Shown in pieces: positions 31,557 through 45,170 of a stretch of 64,000 nt of DNA. Every line of letters begins with the position of its first letter. Position 1 is the stretch's first letter. Made by a program: the position numbers and the translations under genes. Source of the stretch: the human T2T-CHM13v2.0 reference genome, Homo sapiens; the NCBI RefSeq assembly GCF_009914755.1, contig NC_060927.1, one strand, 5' to 3'. Under the pieces are notes generated by a model that was not told the DNA's origin, made no database searches, and saw only the letters and a program-made list of their open reading frames with translations.

Positions 31557-31999
31557 TGATATGGCTTGGCTGTGTCCTCACCCAAATTTCATCTTGAATT
31601 GTAGCTCCCATAATTCCCATGTGTTATGGAAATCAATTCCATATTGTAGCTCCCATAATCAATTCCATAATCAATGGAAATCAATTCCAATTGTAGCTCC
31701 CATATGGGAGGGACCTGGTGAGCGGTAATTGAATCATGGGAGCAGGTCTTTCCCATGCTGTTCTCATGGTAGTGAATAAGTGTCATGAGTTCTGATGGTT
31801 TTATAAGCAGGAGTTCCCTTGCACACACTCTCTCTTTGCCTGTCACCATGTAAGACGTAGCTTTACTCCTCCTTGCCTTACACCATGATTATGAGGCCTC
31901 CCCAGCCATGTGGAACTGTGAGTCAATTAAACCTTTTCCTTTATAAATTACCCAGTCTTGGATATGACTTTATTAGCAGCATGAGAACAGACTAATACA
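31557..31999 (+). mobile_element. THE1 LTR (THE1C/D-like)
   Basis: TGATATGG...ACTAATACA termini; 5-bp TSD ACCAG. Confidence 0.9.
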
Positions 32000-32737
32000 A
32001 CCAGGTAACAAGCAATCTCTGCCGCAGTGTAGTATTTTTTTAGTCTGTTATAAAATTGTATTAATGGACTGATTCCCATTCTATGCCCTGTCTTAAACAT
32101 AAGGGAATTATAATAAAAAAGAAAGGCACACAACAGCTTACATCATATTATATATAGTATATATATAATTTACTAATTTAGTTATTTTTTACTTATGTTC
32201 AATTACAAAAAGGTAAGTGTTAATCTTAGTATTTGTTCTATTCTTTATTATGGGCAGAGACTGGGCTAGATGTTGCAGTGAACCTGATTCCTTTTCTTCC
32301 AAGGCAGCTAGACTACATTTTCCAACCTCTGTGGATGTTAATATAGCTATGCTACTAAGAACTAACCAATGGAATGTGAGCAGAAGTGATTACTACTCCA
32401 GGCCTGGCCCATAAACACCTCCCACATAACATCCTCTATTCTCTCTCCCTGTTTCCTATTCACCAGCTGAACTAGAAAATATTCTGAGAAGGGCAGAGCC
32501 ATAAGATAAAGTGACAGCTTAAAGCAACACCTCTCTTCTCTGCCCTGCCTCAGCCCCACCAACTGCACTAGAGTGTGATGTGAGCAAGAATTAAATTTTT
32601 GTGGTGTGAATACACTGAGATGTAGGGCCTGTTTGTTTCAGCAATTAAATAACCATATGCATATAATATCACCCAATTTATGCATTCATTTTTTCCCTTA
32701 GGGCTTTGCTAAAAATAAAAGTAATAGGCCAAATCAC

Positions 32738-33086
32738 CAGTTTGTTTTCATGCTGCTGATAAAGACATACCCAAAACTTGGAACAAAAAGAGGTTTAATT
32801 GGACTTACAGTTCCACCTGGCTGGGGAGGCCCCAGAATCATGGGGGTAGGTGAAAGTCACTTTTTACATGGTGGCAGCAAGAGAAAATGAGGAAGAGCAA
32901 AAGCAGAAACCCTTGATAAACCTATCAGATCTTGAGATAAACCTATCACTATCATGAGAATAGCACGGGAAAGACCAGCCCTCATGATTCAATTACTTCC
33001 CTCTGGGTCCCTCCCACAACACGTGAGAATTCTGGGAGATACAATTCAAGTTGAGATTTTTGTGGGGACACAGCCAAAACATATCA
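32738..33086 (-). mobile_element. THE1B-like LTR
   Basis: Reverse THE1: catgctgctgataaagacatacc...cagccaaaacatatca. Confidence 0.85.
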
Positions 33087-33827
33087 ACTTGCTACTTTAA
33101 ATAAGAAAAGTCTTCTTTTAAATAAAAAATCACTTTTTACTATAGGATTACCATCTGTATCAAGTGAATATAGGATCTCAGTTTACAGTGGCCCTAGAAG
33201 ATACAAGGATTTCACCAGTGTCTTACTCTTAGCATCATTAATCCATCCAACGGCTACAACCTAAAGTGTAAACAAGAAAGGGAATTGAGACATTAGAACT
33301 CTAAAAAGTAAGGGGAACTTCAGAGTCATCTTCAATGACACTGACATTTCCTTAGTTGAGATCAACTTACAATTTCTGCTAAAATGCAAATACTGCTAAA
33401 AATGACTCAGCCATTTACTCAATAATCAGTCCAAACATGCAATACTACTGCTCCACTAATTGCTAGCAAGCAAGTAATGGATGGAAGGTCAGCTACTAGC
33501 TGACTTGCAGACAGTGCTTCCAGTGGCTCCTGCCATTGCAGCATTGATTAGCAATTTGGGTGTGTAGAGGAGCCAGGAAGCTGTGAGGAAAGCACCATTT
33601 AAAGCACCCAAAGGGTGTATAAAAACTGCCCAGCATCATTATTTGCCTTTTGCTGAGCTATCTTCCTCTTTATTTTGAAAAGCAGTTGTTTCACATTTGC
33701 AAATAAAAATTTACCAAGGAAAATGGGAAAGTAGATAAAGTATCCTAGGCATTTATGATGGCAGGCACGAAGCTTTTGCATGTGTACTTACACTGTATGC
33801 TAAGAGTCTGAAACAGATCTTGGTAAC

Positions 33828-34196
33828 TGTATTAGTCTGTCTTCACACTGCTGTAAAGAATTCCCAGAGACTGAGACCGGGTAATTTACGAAGAAAAGAC
33901 TTTTAACTGACTCACAGTTCCACATGGCTTAGGAGGCCTCAAGAAACTTACAATCATGGCAGAAGGCGAAGGGGAAGCAAGGCATGTCTTACATGGCAGC
34001 AGACTGGAGAGTGAGCAGGGGAAACTGCCACTTATAAAACCATCAGCTATTGTGAGAACTCCCTAACTATCACAAGAACATCATGGGGGAAACCACTCCC
34101 ATGATCCAATCACCTACACCAAGTCCCTCCCTCAACACGTGGGGATTACAATTTGAGATGAAATTTGGGTGGGGACACAGCACCAAACCATGTTAG
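33828..34196 (-). mobile_element. THE1D/MSTA-like LTR
   Basis: tgtattagtctgt...ggggacacagcaccaaaccatg. Confidence 0.85.
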
Positions 34197-34705
34197 TAAC
34201 TATCACATCAAGTCGCAAAAGAAGTTAAGCTAGACTTTGAACCCAAAGGCTTATTGCAAATGGCTGCTTTTTTTGTGATGTCTCATCAAATATAAATTGA
34301 CATCCAGCTCTTTCGATTTTCATTCTTTAGGAAAAAAGCCCATAAAATATATAATTAAGCAGGAATGAACACAAGCCCTTTACAAAGAAATTTGAAAGTA
34401 AACACTTGAGAAGCCCCAGAAACTTTCTCCCACCAAATTCTGAAGATGTGGACTAGGCCACTTCTCTCCTAGACTAAAACCACAATGAAGCACTTTCACA
34501 ATGAAGTTCTTGCCCCAGTGCTGCAGGCACATCTGCCTGGGCTCTCAGTTGTTAATGATGCCTTCACATTAAAGAAGGGGCTGGAGGGAGAATACAACAT
34601 ACCAAAAAAGTGTCAAGCTTTTCCCAGTACATTGTAAACTCAAAATGTTACAATGATACTTTTTTTTTCTACTGTGTCTTATGCTTTTCAGTCTTCAGTT
34701 CCTAC

Positions 34706-34829
34706 CTGACATGATTTATCCTCTGGAAGAAAACAAATCCTGTGGTGACCAGAATGACCACAAAAAGAGAGAGTTTCACATAAAGAATGATCAGTAAGGA
34801 CAACGCTGGAGATCCTGAGGTTCTGAGAC
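34706..34829 (-). CDS. CD200R1L: CD200R1L transmembrane exon (GLRTSGSPALSLLIILYVKLSLFVVILVTTGFVFFQRINHV/R)
   Basis: Acceptor tttaaag|GT, donor GTCAG|GTAGGA; 124 nt; hydrophobic span with an internal Lys typical of DAP12-pairing activating CD200R-like receptors. Confidence 0.93.
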
Positions 34830-35361
34830 CTTTAAATACAGACAGGGGTGAAAAATCATTTCAAGCATTCTTCTAGTTACAAATTAGAGTCAATCATTTT
34901 AAAGAACATTTTAAAATATTCTTAAGAGTTCATGGACTGTCATAATCATAAAACCTTCTAAATTATGACTCAAATGTTACTAATATACCATTCTTTCATG
35001 ACAGAGTTTAGGAACCATGTTTGTGTTTTGTACATCGTAGGTTTCTGACAAATTTTCTGAACAAATAAATGCACACTACGCATTGCTAATACTTTCCAAT
35101 TTTATAAGAAAAGCAATATGTCAAGCTTTCCCCTGTATATTCCAACTTCCCATGCAAATATTAGCGTTTGAAAGAACATTACTCTTAATATTTGGGGTTT
35201 GAGCTGATAACACTTTCCACACAATGAAGTGATTTTCTTACTAAGTTGATGTAACCTCTTTAGCAAGGTGTTTTATATCTTCCTACTTTCATTTTTATTT
35301 ACCTGTGAAATGGCCCTAGGAATTATTGAAAAGATAAATCAAACTAATTAGGAACATCATT

Positions 35362-35671
<310 letters not shown>

Positions 35672-35693
35672 TAATCTGAAGTCTCTTATCCTA

Positions 35694-36027
<334 letters not shown>

Positions 36028-36252
36028 GAAATTGGCCACCTAAAGAATGTGTGAACTCTAAATACAAGTCTGACTCCTGGCTCCAAGAGGTCATTCTATC
36101 CCATTAAATAACCTGCTCAAACACTAAACTAGAAAAATGTCAGACAATCCTAGGCATTGTGAGGAAATAAGAAAATGATATGGTTACAGTCCTCAAAATA
36201 TCTTATAATCCAACTGGAGAAGTCAGACTCATACAAATGAGAAGACAACTTA

Positions 36253-36703
36253 TATGAAAGAAAAATAAAAGCTCAAGACCCCAATTCACTATGCCAAATG
36301 GGAAAAATTAAGCTGAAAGCTGAGTCATGCAAGCAACTACCTTTCCTTTTATTCCTAAGCAGATAGCTACAGATAAAACATAAATTTCTCCACAGGTAGC
36401 TACTCTGTGTTCACCTTATCATAATTGACTATTCCTCTAATTGCTCCTTTTCTCTTGCAACTTGTGAATTACCACACCCTTCCTCTTTCCCCTCCAGCGC
36501 ACTTTTACCCTTTAAATATTGAAGCCCTCAAAGTCATCTTTGGAGAAAGGCACAGATCACCGACTGTTTCTGAGATTCTGTGGTGTTTTTTTGTTTTGTT
36601 TTGTTTTGTTCTGTTTTGATCTGTGCAAATTGTCCTAAACCTTGGCAAAATGAACTTCTAAATTAATTGAGACCTGTCTCCAATACTTTTTAGTTAAATG
36701 TAC
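36253..36703 (+). mobile_element. MER4-group ERV1 LTR
   Basis: gaccccaattcactatgccaaa...aagctgaaagctgagtcatgcaag and aattgagacctgtctc motifs. Confidence 0.7.
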
Positions 36704-37087
36704 AAGAGAGAAAACAGTGCTGGATGAACATTACAGATTATAAATCATCTAAGGAATTCAGAACGTTTAATCAACTCTAACACAGAGGTCAGGGAGAAGC
36801 AGGACTTGAAATGGACCTTGCTGGTCTGCGGGATTGAATAGGTTAAAAGAAAGACTTTTCAAGATAAAGAACTAATTTGAGAAAAGTTTTAAAGATGAGT
36901 TTACCTAAGTCATATTTGGAGCATAGAATGGAATATGTAGAGATGAGTCTGCAATGATTTGAACCTAATTCTGCAGTGACTTGTATGTGTCAGCAACTGT
37001 GCCAGACTTTAGGAATACAAAAATAAAAGTAGTGGTTCCAACTCTCAAGGACCTTACACTGTGCTGAGAGTCACAGAAGTAAGTGGT

Positions 37088-38530
37088 TGTAATATGATAA
37101 GCAATATGTATGTATTTGGTCTTTGTCCCCCAGTTCCTGGCACACTTCCAAGGATTTTTCCTAAACTTCTTGGAAGTTCCACAGTGATCCATCTTTTGTA
37201 TGCTAATGAGATGAGTGGTGGCTGGGAGCCTGAAGACAGCTTCAGGATGGGGCTGGTAATTAGAAAGACCAAGACATGGTTAGAGGGTTGAAACTTTCAG
37301 CCCCACACCACCACTCTCCCCTTCCATTGACCTCCTGGGAGGGGAGAGGGGCTAGAGATTAAGCTAAAAACCAATGCCCAACAATTTAATCAATCATACC
37401 TATGTAATAGAGCCTCCACAAAAACTCTACATGACAGAGTCTGGAGAGCTTCTGGGTTGGGAGATTTTCTGAGCTGGTGAACACACTGAGGGGCTGGGAG
37501 GTTGGCACTCCCAGAGACATCACGGAAGCTCCTTCCCCCATACCTTGCCCTATGCATCTCTTTTTATCTTTTTTTGTCTGTTCCTGAGTTGGACACTTTA
37601 CAATAAATTAGTAATAGTAAATAAGTGCATTCCTGAGTGTCAAATTTAAAAATCTAAGCTGTTGGAATTTTAAAATATGTTGAGCCTTAACGGAATGTGA
37701 TTATGAGACCTGAGTTATGTAAACAAGCAGCTATGACCTAGGCAGCCAAAATTTTTGTTTACCTGATTGTACATTAGCCTTTTTCCTTGCCTACATTGTT
37801 TTGTAAACTGCTGTAAATGATTAAAGGGTGCCAGGGAAGACGTATTCCCTCTAAACTGTTGATCTTCATTATTGATTAACTTCCTTCTTTCTTCTCTCAT
37901 ACAATGACTACCACATTGCCTAACATGAAATGTTAACTGTACTCTTAAAATTGGAAAGGAAATGAAAACAAACTGTACAGAAAAGAAAACAAACTGTAAC
38001 TTTAATTAAATCATTATAACTCATAAACCAGCTTTGTATGTAAAAAAGGTATAATCCTACTGAATTTGTTTTCTGCCTATATAAGCAAGACCTTAAGTTT
38101 GAAGTTTGAAGCACTGACCCCATTCCTTTGGAGTCTGTGTTACCCGAATGGCTGTTCTCAGACTTTTGCTTAAATAAACTCTTTTAAACTGGATTCTGAT
38201 CCTTTTGATTATTTCAGGTTGACATGAGTTCTGTGAGCCATTCTAGCAAATTATTAAACCTGACAAGGGAATCATGGGAACTCTCTGAATTTATAGCCAG
38301 TTGATTAGAAGTTCAGGTGGCAATCTGGGACTTGTGACTGGTGTCTGAAGTGAGGAAGGTCTTATGAGACTAAGCCTTTAACCTGTGGGGTCTGTGCTAA
38401 CTCCAGGTAGTTAGTGTCTGAATTGAATTGTAGGACACCTGGGTGGTGTCCAGAGAGTTGGAGAATTAGTTGGTGTAGGGAAAAAAACTCACACACATTT
38501 GGTGTCAGAAGCATTGTGAATGAAAACAGT
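37088..38530 (+). mobile_element. MER21-type LTR with a nested ERV1 LTR
   Basis: ggtctttgtccccc agttcctggcaca...cacacatttggtgtcagaag; split at the TGAG TSD. Confidence 0.75.
37638..38224 (+). mobile_element. Nested solo ERV1-class LTR (subfamily not assigned)
   Basis: TGTCAA...GGTTGACA termini; 4-bp TSD TGAG. Confidence 0.75.
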
Positions 38531-38834
38531 GCCAAGCACTCAATTACAGGGCTGTGGAGGTGCTATGACAGAGGCATGCATGAAGCATTCTGTGAGCACA
38601 GAGGAGGAATAGCTAACCAAACTTCATGGCAAGAGAAAATCATCCCAGAGGATCAATGTCAAACGAAGTCTTAAAACTTCAACAGGAACTGATCAAATGC
38701 AATGGAAGAAGAGAGTGCAGGGAAAGAAGTACCTTATGGAGAGGTAGAAATTGCATGTAAAAGGGAACAGAGGAATACAAGCACTTAACACTTTTGAAGA
38801 GCCCAAAGAGGCCCACATGCATGGGGTACAGGAT
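38502..38834 (+). repeat. Local direct duplication, copy 1 (333 bp)
   Basis: About 95% identical to 39643-40302 once the Alu is removed. Confidence 0.95.
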
Positions 38835-39640
38835 GGAGAATAGTGAAGCGCAAGGCTAAAGAGAGAAGCAGGTTGTGATTTGTCAAAGTGTTTAGCTCAA
38901 TACGAACTATAAGAGAAGCCACTGGGGTTATGTAAGTAGAAGAGTGGCATTTTAGAAAGTTCCCTCCAGAAACAGTAGAGGAGATAAATTGGAGGAAGTT
39001 AAGCTGGGTCCAGGAAGAGTTGTTACAAGGACATTGCAATAATCCTGATTACTGATTTGGATACAAATCAGATACAAGTAGTATCCTGAGATACTATTTG
39101 ACCAACTAAGACAGTAGGGAGAAAGAAAAAGACTCAGATGTAAGAAAAAAATTAAGGTAAAATCAACAAAACATCATGACTGGCATTGAATATGGGGAAT
39201 AAGAAAGAGAAATGTTGTAGAATATTCTAAAGTTTCTAGCTTGAGTCATTTATCAAGATATAAAATACAGATATAGGGCTCATGAAGGAGTAGAGCAGAA
39301 TGGTTTCAAAAATATGTAAGTAGAGGTGCCCTTGATGCATGCAGGAGAAGCTGTCCAGTTGGAAGTTGGTTTTGGTCACTGTGTAGCCAAGGAGAGAAAT
39401 CTGAGCAGAACTATAGACTCGAGAGTCAAAAATTAGACAGTGGTTGAAGCCACAGGTATGGATGAGGTTACTCAAGTACAAAGGTAGAATAAGAAGATGG
39501 ACAAAGATGGAATACATAGAAATGTGTCCATTCATGAGATGAATAGAAGAAATAAATCTACTTAAGAAAACGAAAAAGTTGACTGAAAGTTAAGAAAAGA
39601 ACCAAGTGAGAATACGAGGAAAACGCATCAGAAAGGAGCA
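38540..39640. mobile_element. L2-like fragments
   Basis: Diverged purine-rich L2-like sequence (gtgctatga...gagcacagaggagg, gttgaagccacagg..ggatgag). Confidence 0.55.
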
Positions 39641-39642
39641 TT

Positions 39643-40302
<660 letters not shown>

Positions 40303-41938
40303 CATAAAATGTATTATTAAAAAGCTAATAAAATATTTAAAATTAGTAAATATTATATAAAATTATATATTATTAGATATTTAAAATTAATAATTATAAT
40401 AAATATTACAAAGAAGCTAATTAAGTGAACAAAGAATGAAACATTTATATTTTATTTGGCACTTGGGAGATGCTTTTTGTCAGAGCATTTTCTGCGCAGG
40501 GAGACACAAATGAGTTAAGGAATAGATGTGAGGTGATATAGAAGAGACAGTAAGTGTAGGCTCCTCTTTTAAAAAAATTCTTGGATATGAGTAGAAGCCA
40601 AGAGTTAATGTTTGAGGAAGTCATAACACCAAGTTTTTGGATACAGAAGAAAAATAGGCGTGTTTTATGAGCAGCTTTAGGAAAATAATTTAAGGAACAA
40701 AAAAACTAAACAAAAGAGAGAGGAGAATGAAGAAAAGCTCCTAAGGAGATAAAAGGGAAAAAAGATTTAGAATTTGGGTTGAATGTTGGTACTACAGAAG
40801 GGAAGATCAGGTAATACTGAAGATAAATGGACTGATCTATAGATAAGACGTATGAAGTAAGAGGCTAGACTTGATGGGAGATTGATCATGGAAAACACAG
40901 CTAACGAATACATGGTTTCCTTTTGGGGGTGATAAATATGCTCTAAAATTGATTGTAGCAATGGTCACACAAGCATTGAATTGCATGCTTTAAATGGGTG
41001 AAATGTATGGTATATAAATTAGATGTCAATAAAGCTGATGCAAAAAAGAAAAGAACAAACATGAAAGATATTATGAGGAATAATTAATATGATTATATTT
41101 AATATTAGTTGTAATAATTATCACAATAGCTAATTTTTATTAATACGATATATATAATAACCAACATTTATTAATATAAGGAAATCTAGTGGCTAACATT
41201 TGCTGAGTGTCAATTATGTAGTAGGTATATTAATACAATTATATGTACAACATGTTTTCATATATATGTAATTTTATTTAATTAACCCAATAATCCTATT
41301 AGGTAGATCCTATTATCCTCATTTAACAGACAAAGAAACCATGAGACAGAGATATTAAATACTGTTCAAGTTCATATAGCTGGTGAACAAAAAGCCATGT
41401 TATGTGAGAGGCTTTGCTCCTAAACACCAGATTATCCTGCCCAAAACAATATAAAGATGTGGACCTTAGCTTTTCATCTTTGCATCACCAGCTTCAAACT
41501 TATAAATAGCATTCAATAAATATTTGGAGAATTAATTAATATATTGCTTTTGGATGATGAGACGGGAAGAATTACTTGTCTCTTACTCAAGGTAACAAAG
41601 TAATAACTACTACAAGAAATAAAATCAGGAAGAAAATAGCTGTCATTCTGGGCTATCTACTGAACAAGGATTGTTAAAACTACATAAAACTCTTGATATT
41701 TCATATCAAGAATTAATCTCAAAGTAAGGGCCTATAGATCACTAAGTTAACAAAATCTATTTTTATGGCTGTTCTACTAAAAGACAGATTCTAGCGTTGT
41801 AATGCATTTCTCAGTTTGAGAGAATATTTTCAAGCTAGGAGCTCAAATTTTCTTACCTGCTGTTTGGTTATTCGTTATTTTCTATGGAAGAAAAAGTTGA
41901 GCATCAAGTTTACTCTTCTACAAGAAACAGGCGCTTAC

Positions 41939-42186
41939 CTGAATTCAACTTTACGGACAGACTCTTGTTGCCAGTCAAATGGGAGACATGGCAGGTCACA
42001 GTAGACTTGGGCCCTCCCAGGGGCATGTACTCTTAACCGTCACTGTGCCATTGCCCCAGTATTCTTGCTTAGTGGCAAGAATAGATCCCTCTGGGATCCA
42101 GGAGATCTGGGCAGCTGGCTTCCCTGTAACTGCCTTGCATACTGCAGTTATATTCCTGCTTTGAAATAGGTTCACTTCGGGTGTAA
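41939..42186 (-). CDS. CD200R1L: CD200R1L IgC-domain exon, frameshifted in this sequence (248 nt; premature TGA at 41998-41996)
   Basis: Acceptor ctctctgcag|TT, donor TCAG|GTAAGC. Reads VTPEVNLFQSRNITAVCKAVTGKPAAQISW...STCPWEG-PSLL*; the conserved KSTVTCHVSHLTGNKSLSVKLNS continues in another frame. Confidence 0.95.
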
Positions 42187-42311
42187 CTGCAGAGAGGAAA
42201 GAGGGAAAAAAATGCTTCAGTTTTCACATAAAGCATATGGAATTCAGAGAGACATTTGTTTCAGTCACAAATCTGGTGATGTGAAATACCTCAGTATGTG
42301 ATGCTCCTTAC

Positions 42312-42629
42312 CTAACACTTGGAGGTGATATCCACGATGGAAATTCCCATCAGGTGTTACCACTATGCCTCTGTAATACCCGTCATGAGTGGTGTCCACC
42401 GGACGAATCTGAAGGTCCGAATTCTGATCAGGTCTAGAGACCCAGGTTATTCTCTCAACAGTACAGTTGGTTTCCTTGGTCTCATTTGTTTCTTTCTTGT
42501 AGGCTTTTGTGCAGGAAGGCTGGCCTCTCAGGATTATTTCCCATGTTATTATGATCAAATTTCTTAATGCGATAGGAGGGCAACAAAGCACAGCATTTAT
42601 ATCCATCAGTACAGGCTGTGAAATGTTAC
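42312..42629 (-). CDS. CD200R1L: CD200R1L IgV-domain exon (GNISQPVLMDINAVLCCPP...DGYYRGIVVTPDGNFHRGYHLQVL)
   Basis: Lies inside ORF 42265..42870; acceptor tgtccag|GT, donor TTAG|GTAAGG; 318 nt, phase 1-1; CD200R-family motifs AVLCC, ITW, DGYY, DGNF. Confidence 0.96.
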
Positions 42630-44263
42630 CTGGACACACACACAAAGGATAATGATATAGAAAACCTTGATAAGGAACTTCATGTGTTATGTTTATCCAC
42701 AGTATATTACATGAAGTTTTATTAGAACATAAATTTGCTGATCTTATTCCAGAAATATTAGACTTAGGTAAGAAAATAACATTCACAAAATATAAATAAT
42801 ATATTGAACCCAATCTAAAGATTAACAAACTTTCTCCAGTATTATGTATTATTAGAAAAACAATATACATAACATTGTATTCTGAAATACAATAAAGTAT
42901 TCTGATTTTAGTTCAGGAGTTTTAATATCTAGAAACAGAAAAGAAAACAGAATTATAATTTAAACAACAAAGGCAATGTTCTAAATCTAATCTTTAGGTG
43001 GTAGAGACTACTGTATTTATCATACAATTCATGTGCCTTGGAAAAGAAAATGGAATAACTAGTGATGTGATTGTCTCCTCCTTCGTTTTGGTGAGCACAA
43101 GAAAAATCAGTAACATCAAAGTTAAATACCTGTCTCTAAGGTTGTTATTTCAGACAACCATAAATGTGGAAAGTTTGTGGTTCTTTCATTAAAGGTAACT
43201 AATACGGCATTCAAGTGGAGCTAGCTGGACATGTTTTATTTAGATAATTACATGTTTTGTTTAGAGAATTACAGTCAGTGAGATCCACAGATCTTTAAAA
43301 AATCTATAATTTTGCCAGTTGAGCCATCCCATGTAAGTAAAAAAAAATGCCTAGTGATAAGATGTTTAGAAATATTCATTTCTAGTTTAAAAAGTAGTGT
43401 GGCATATAATTTTTAAAAAGCTTTATTTTCCTTTGGACATTTATCATGAAAAAGTTTTATTGCAAATTGGTGACATTGTCAAATATAGCCTTTGGATATT
43501 TTCCTTCCTTCCTGTTTAGTCACACATACAACCCCAGAGAGTTCAGTGGTAAACTTTCCTCATAGATTTTATTTCTGTATATTCAATCCAATTATCAGGT
43601 GTAAATGTAGAAGTCGACTCCTTTCTGTCCATCTTTTAAAGTAAAAATTAAGCCCTGCATCCTACAAGCATCTGCCAACATAGATTCTCATGCATCTCGT
43701 AAGCCAACACAATGTTTCCACAACTGATCAGGGTTTACTAAGAGGTACTTATTCTGCCGAAGTATCTGTCACTACTCACCTGTAACAAAGGTGAGTGTCA
43801 GAGATCTCATCACTATAGCATAAGCAGAATCAGTTGCAGAGGGGCAAAACTTTATGTGGATGAAGTTTGTTTTTGCTACACCCTGCAATTAATATCTCTC
43901 CTCTCCTGTTTTGGTGTCACCTGTCTCTTATGTGGTACTTTAACCCTTATATTTGACAGTCAAATAATGATCACATAACCAGATGCAGAAAGAAGCAGGA
44001 CTTTAACGCAGACCTGAAAGGTCATTAAATCCACGCTCCTTCCAGCACTCCACCTTAGCAAAGGTTCAGAGGTAAGCAAGAGTATGGCTTGTTTGGAGAA
44101 CTAGAGACTGGGACATTCAGGGTCCTTCGTACCACAGCACTCAGATCAACATGTTCTTCAAGTAGTCACAAGGCTGGCCTCCAGCCAGGCCATCAGCTAA
44201 TGATTCTACTGAAGTTCAACTTTCCATCCCTCAGTGCTGGCCACTACTAAGGGAGCATATTAC

Positions 44264-44329
44264 CTTCTGCAAAAATTGTTGAATAGTTCTGTGTCATCTG
44301 CTTTCCACCCATGCATGAACTACTTGAAG
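44264..44329 (-). CDS. CD200R1L: CD200R1L 66-nt linker exon (ASSSSCMGGKQMTQNYSTIFAE/G), with an internal alternative ATG at 44312-44310
   Basis: Acceptor ttttctag|CT, donor GAAG|GTAATA, phase 1-1; homologous to CD200R1 ASSSLCMDEKQITQNYSKVLAE. Confidence 0.92.
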
Positions 44330-44415
44330 CTAGAAAACATTTAGAGAAGAATAAGCGAAATCAATTTTATGTACTCAGAATGGAAACAAGTGTTTCCCCA
44401 CAGTCTTACTCAACA

Positions 44416-44787
44416 TGAAGACAATTAGTTAACCATAACTAAAATTATACAAAAATCATTGTAAAACAGAAATTAGAAGTTATGCCATCATTAGAGGAAA
44501 AAACATGTTAACATCTTGAAAATTATACTTATAAGCAATTGATAATGATTTCTCATTCATGAGATGCTTTGTTTAGTCAACTAGTTTGTATGAGGTAACC
44601 ATGCCTCCCCCTATTCCTCCTTCCCCAACCAAGGAGATGGGTCCATGTGGGCATCTCACATGAGCTGGTCCAATTATACTCCTTTCTCCAAATGCTGGAG
44701 ACAGCATCTTTAAATGAAATTTCTCTGCACATTTTTTTTCCTTTTTAACCTAGCTCCTCTAAAAGAGTGAAAGAAATGAACACAAAA
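44416..44787 (+). repeat. Inverted repeat, left arm (~372 bp)
   Basis: Reverse complement of 45779-46154, with about a dozen substitutions plus homopolymer length differences (manual alignment). Confidence 0.97.
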
Positions 44788-44804
44788 CTGGAATAATTAC
44801 TAAC

Positions 44805-45050
44805 CAGGAAGTAGCTCTATAGACACTCTTGTTGCTACTCAAATGTGCCTATCATAAGGTCATGGTAGACACATTGTGGCCCTCCCAGTGACATGAACTC
44901 CCAACAGTCACTGTGCCATTGCCCCAATATTCTTGGTTGGTGACACAATCCCCCTGCGGGGTCCAGGAGATCTGTGCAGCTGGCTTTGCTGCAACTGTCT
45001 TACACACCACAGCTCTATGCCTGCTTAGAAACAGGGTCACTTCGGGGGAA
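44805..45050 (-). pseudogene. Decayed CD200R-family IgC pseudo-exon
   Basis: Reads EVTLFLSRHRAVVCKTVAAKPAAQISWTPQGDCVTNQEYWGNGTVTVGSSCHWEGHNVSTMTL*. It has a 1-bp deletion near the acceptor, stops, and a CD200R1-like IELLP end. The intron 45051-45170 is homologous to the real intron 42187-42311. Confidence 0.9.
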
Positions 45051-45170
45051 CTGCAGAAAGGTAAGGAAAAAGTGCTTCAATCTTAACATAAAGAATATGA
45101 AATTTAGAGAGACATTTGTTTCAGTCCAAATCTGATGATGTGCAATGCTACAATATATGATGTTCCTTTC

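Noticed and set aside
31590-31705. Short repeats with variable gaps, superficially CRISPR-like
   Set aside because: Eukaryotic context, irregular units, spacers are themselves repeats, and no cas genes.
42630-42870. N-terminal extension of the 201-aa ORF
   Set aside because: Intronic read-through upstream of the IgV acceptor; only 42312-42629 is exon.
43774-43796. Mini-palindrome giving consensus splice donors on both strands (ACTCACC..GGTGAGT)
   Set aside because: The stem is only 7 bp, no homologous exon is identifiable, and it is compatible with chance.
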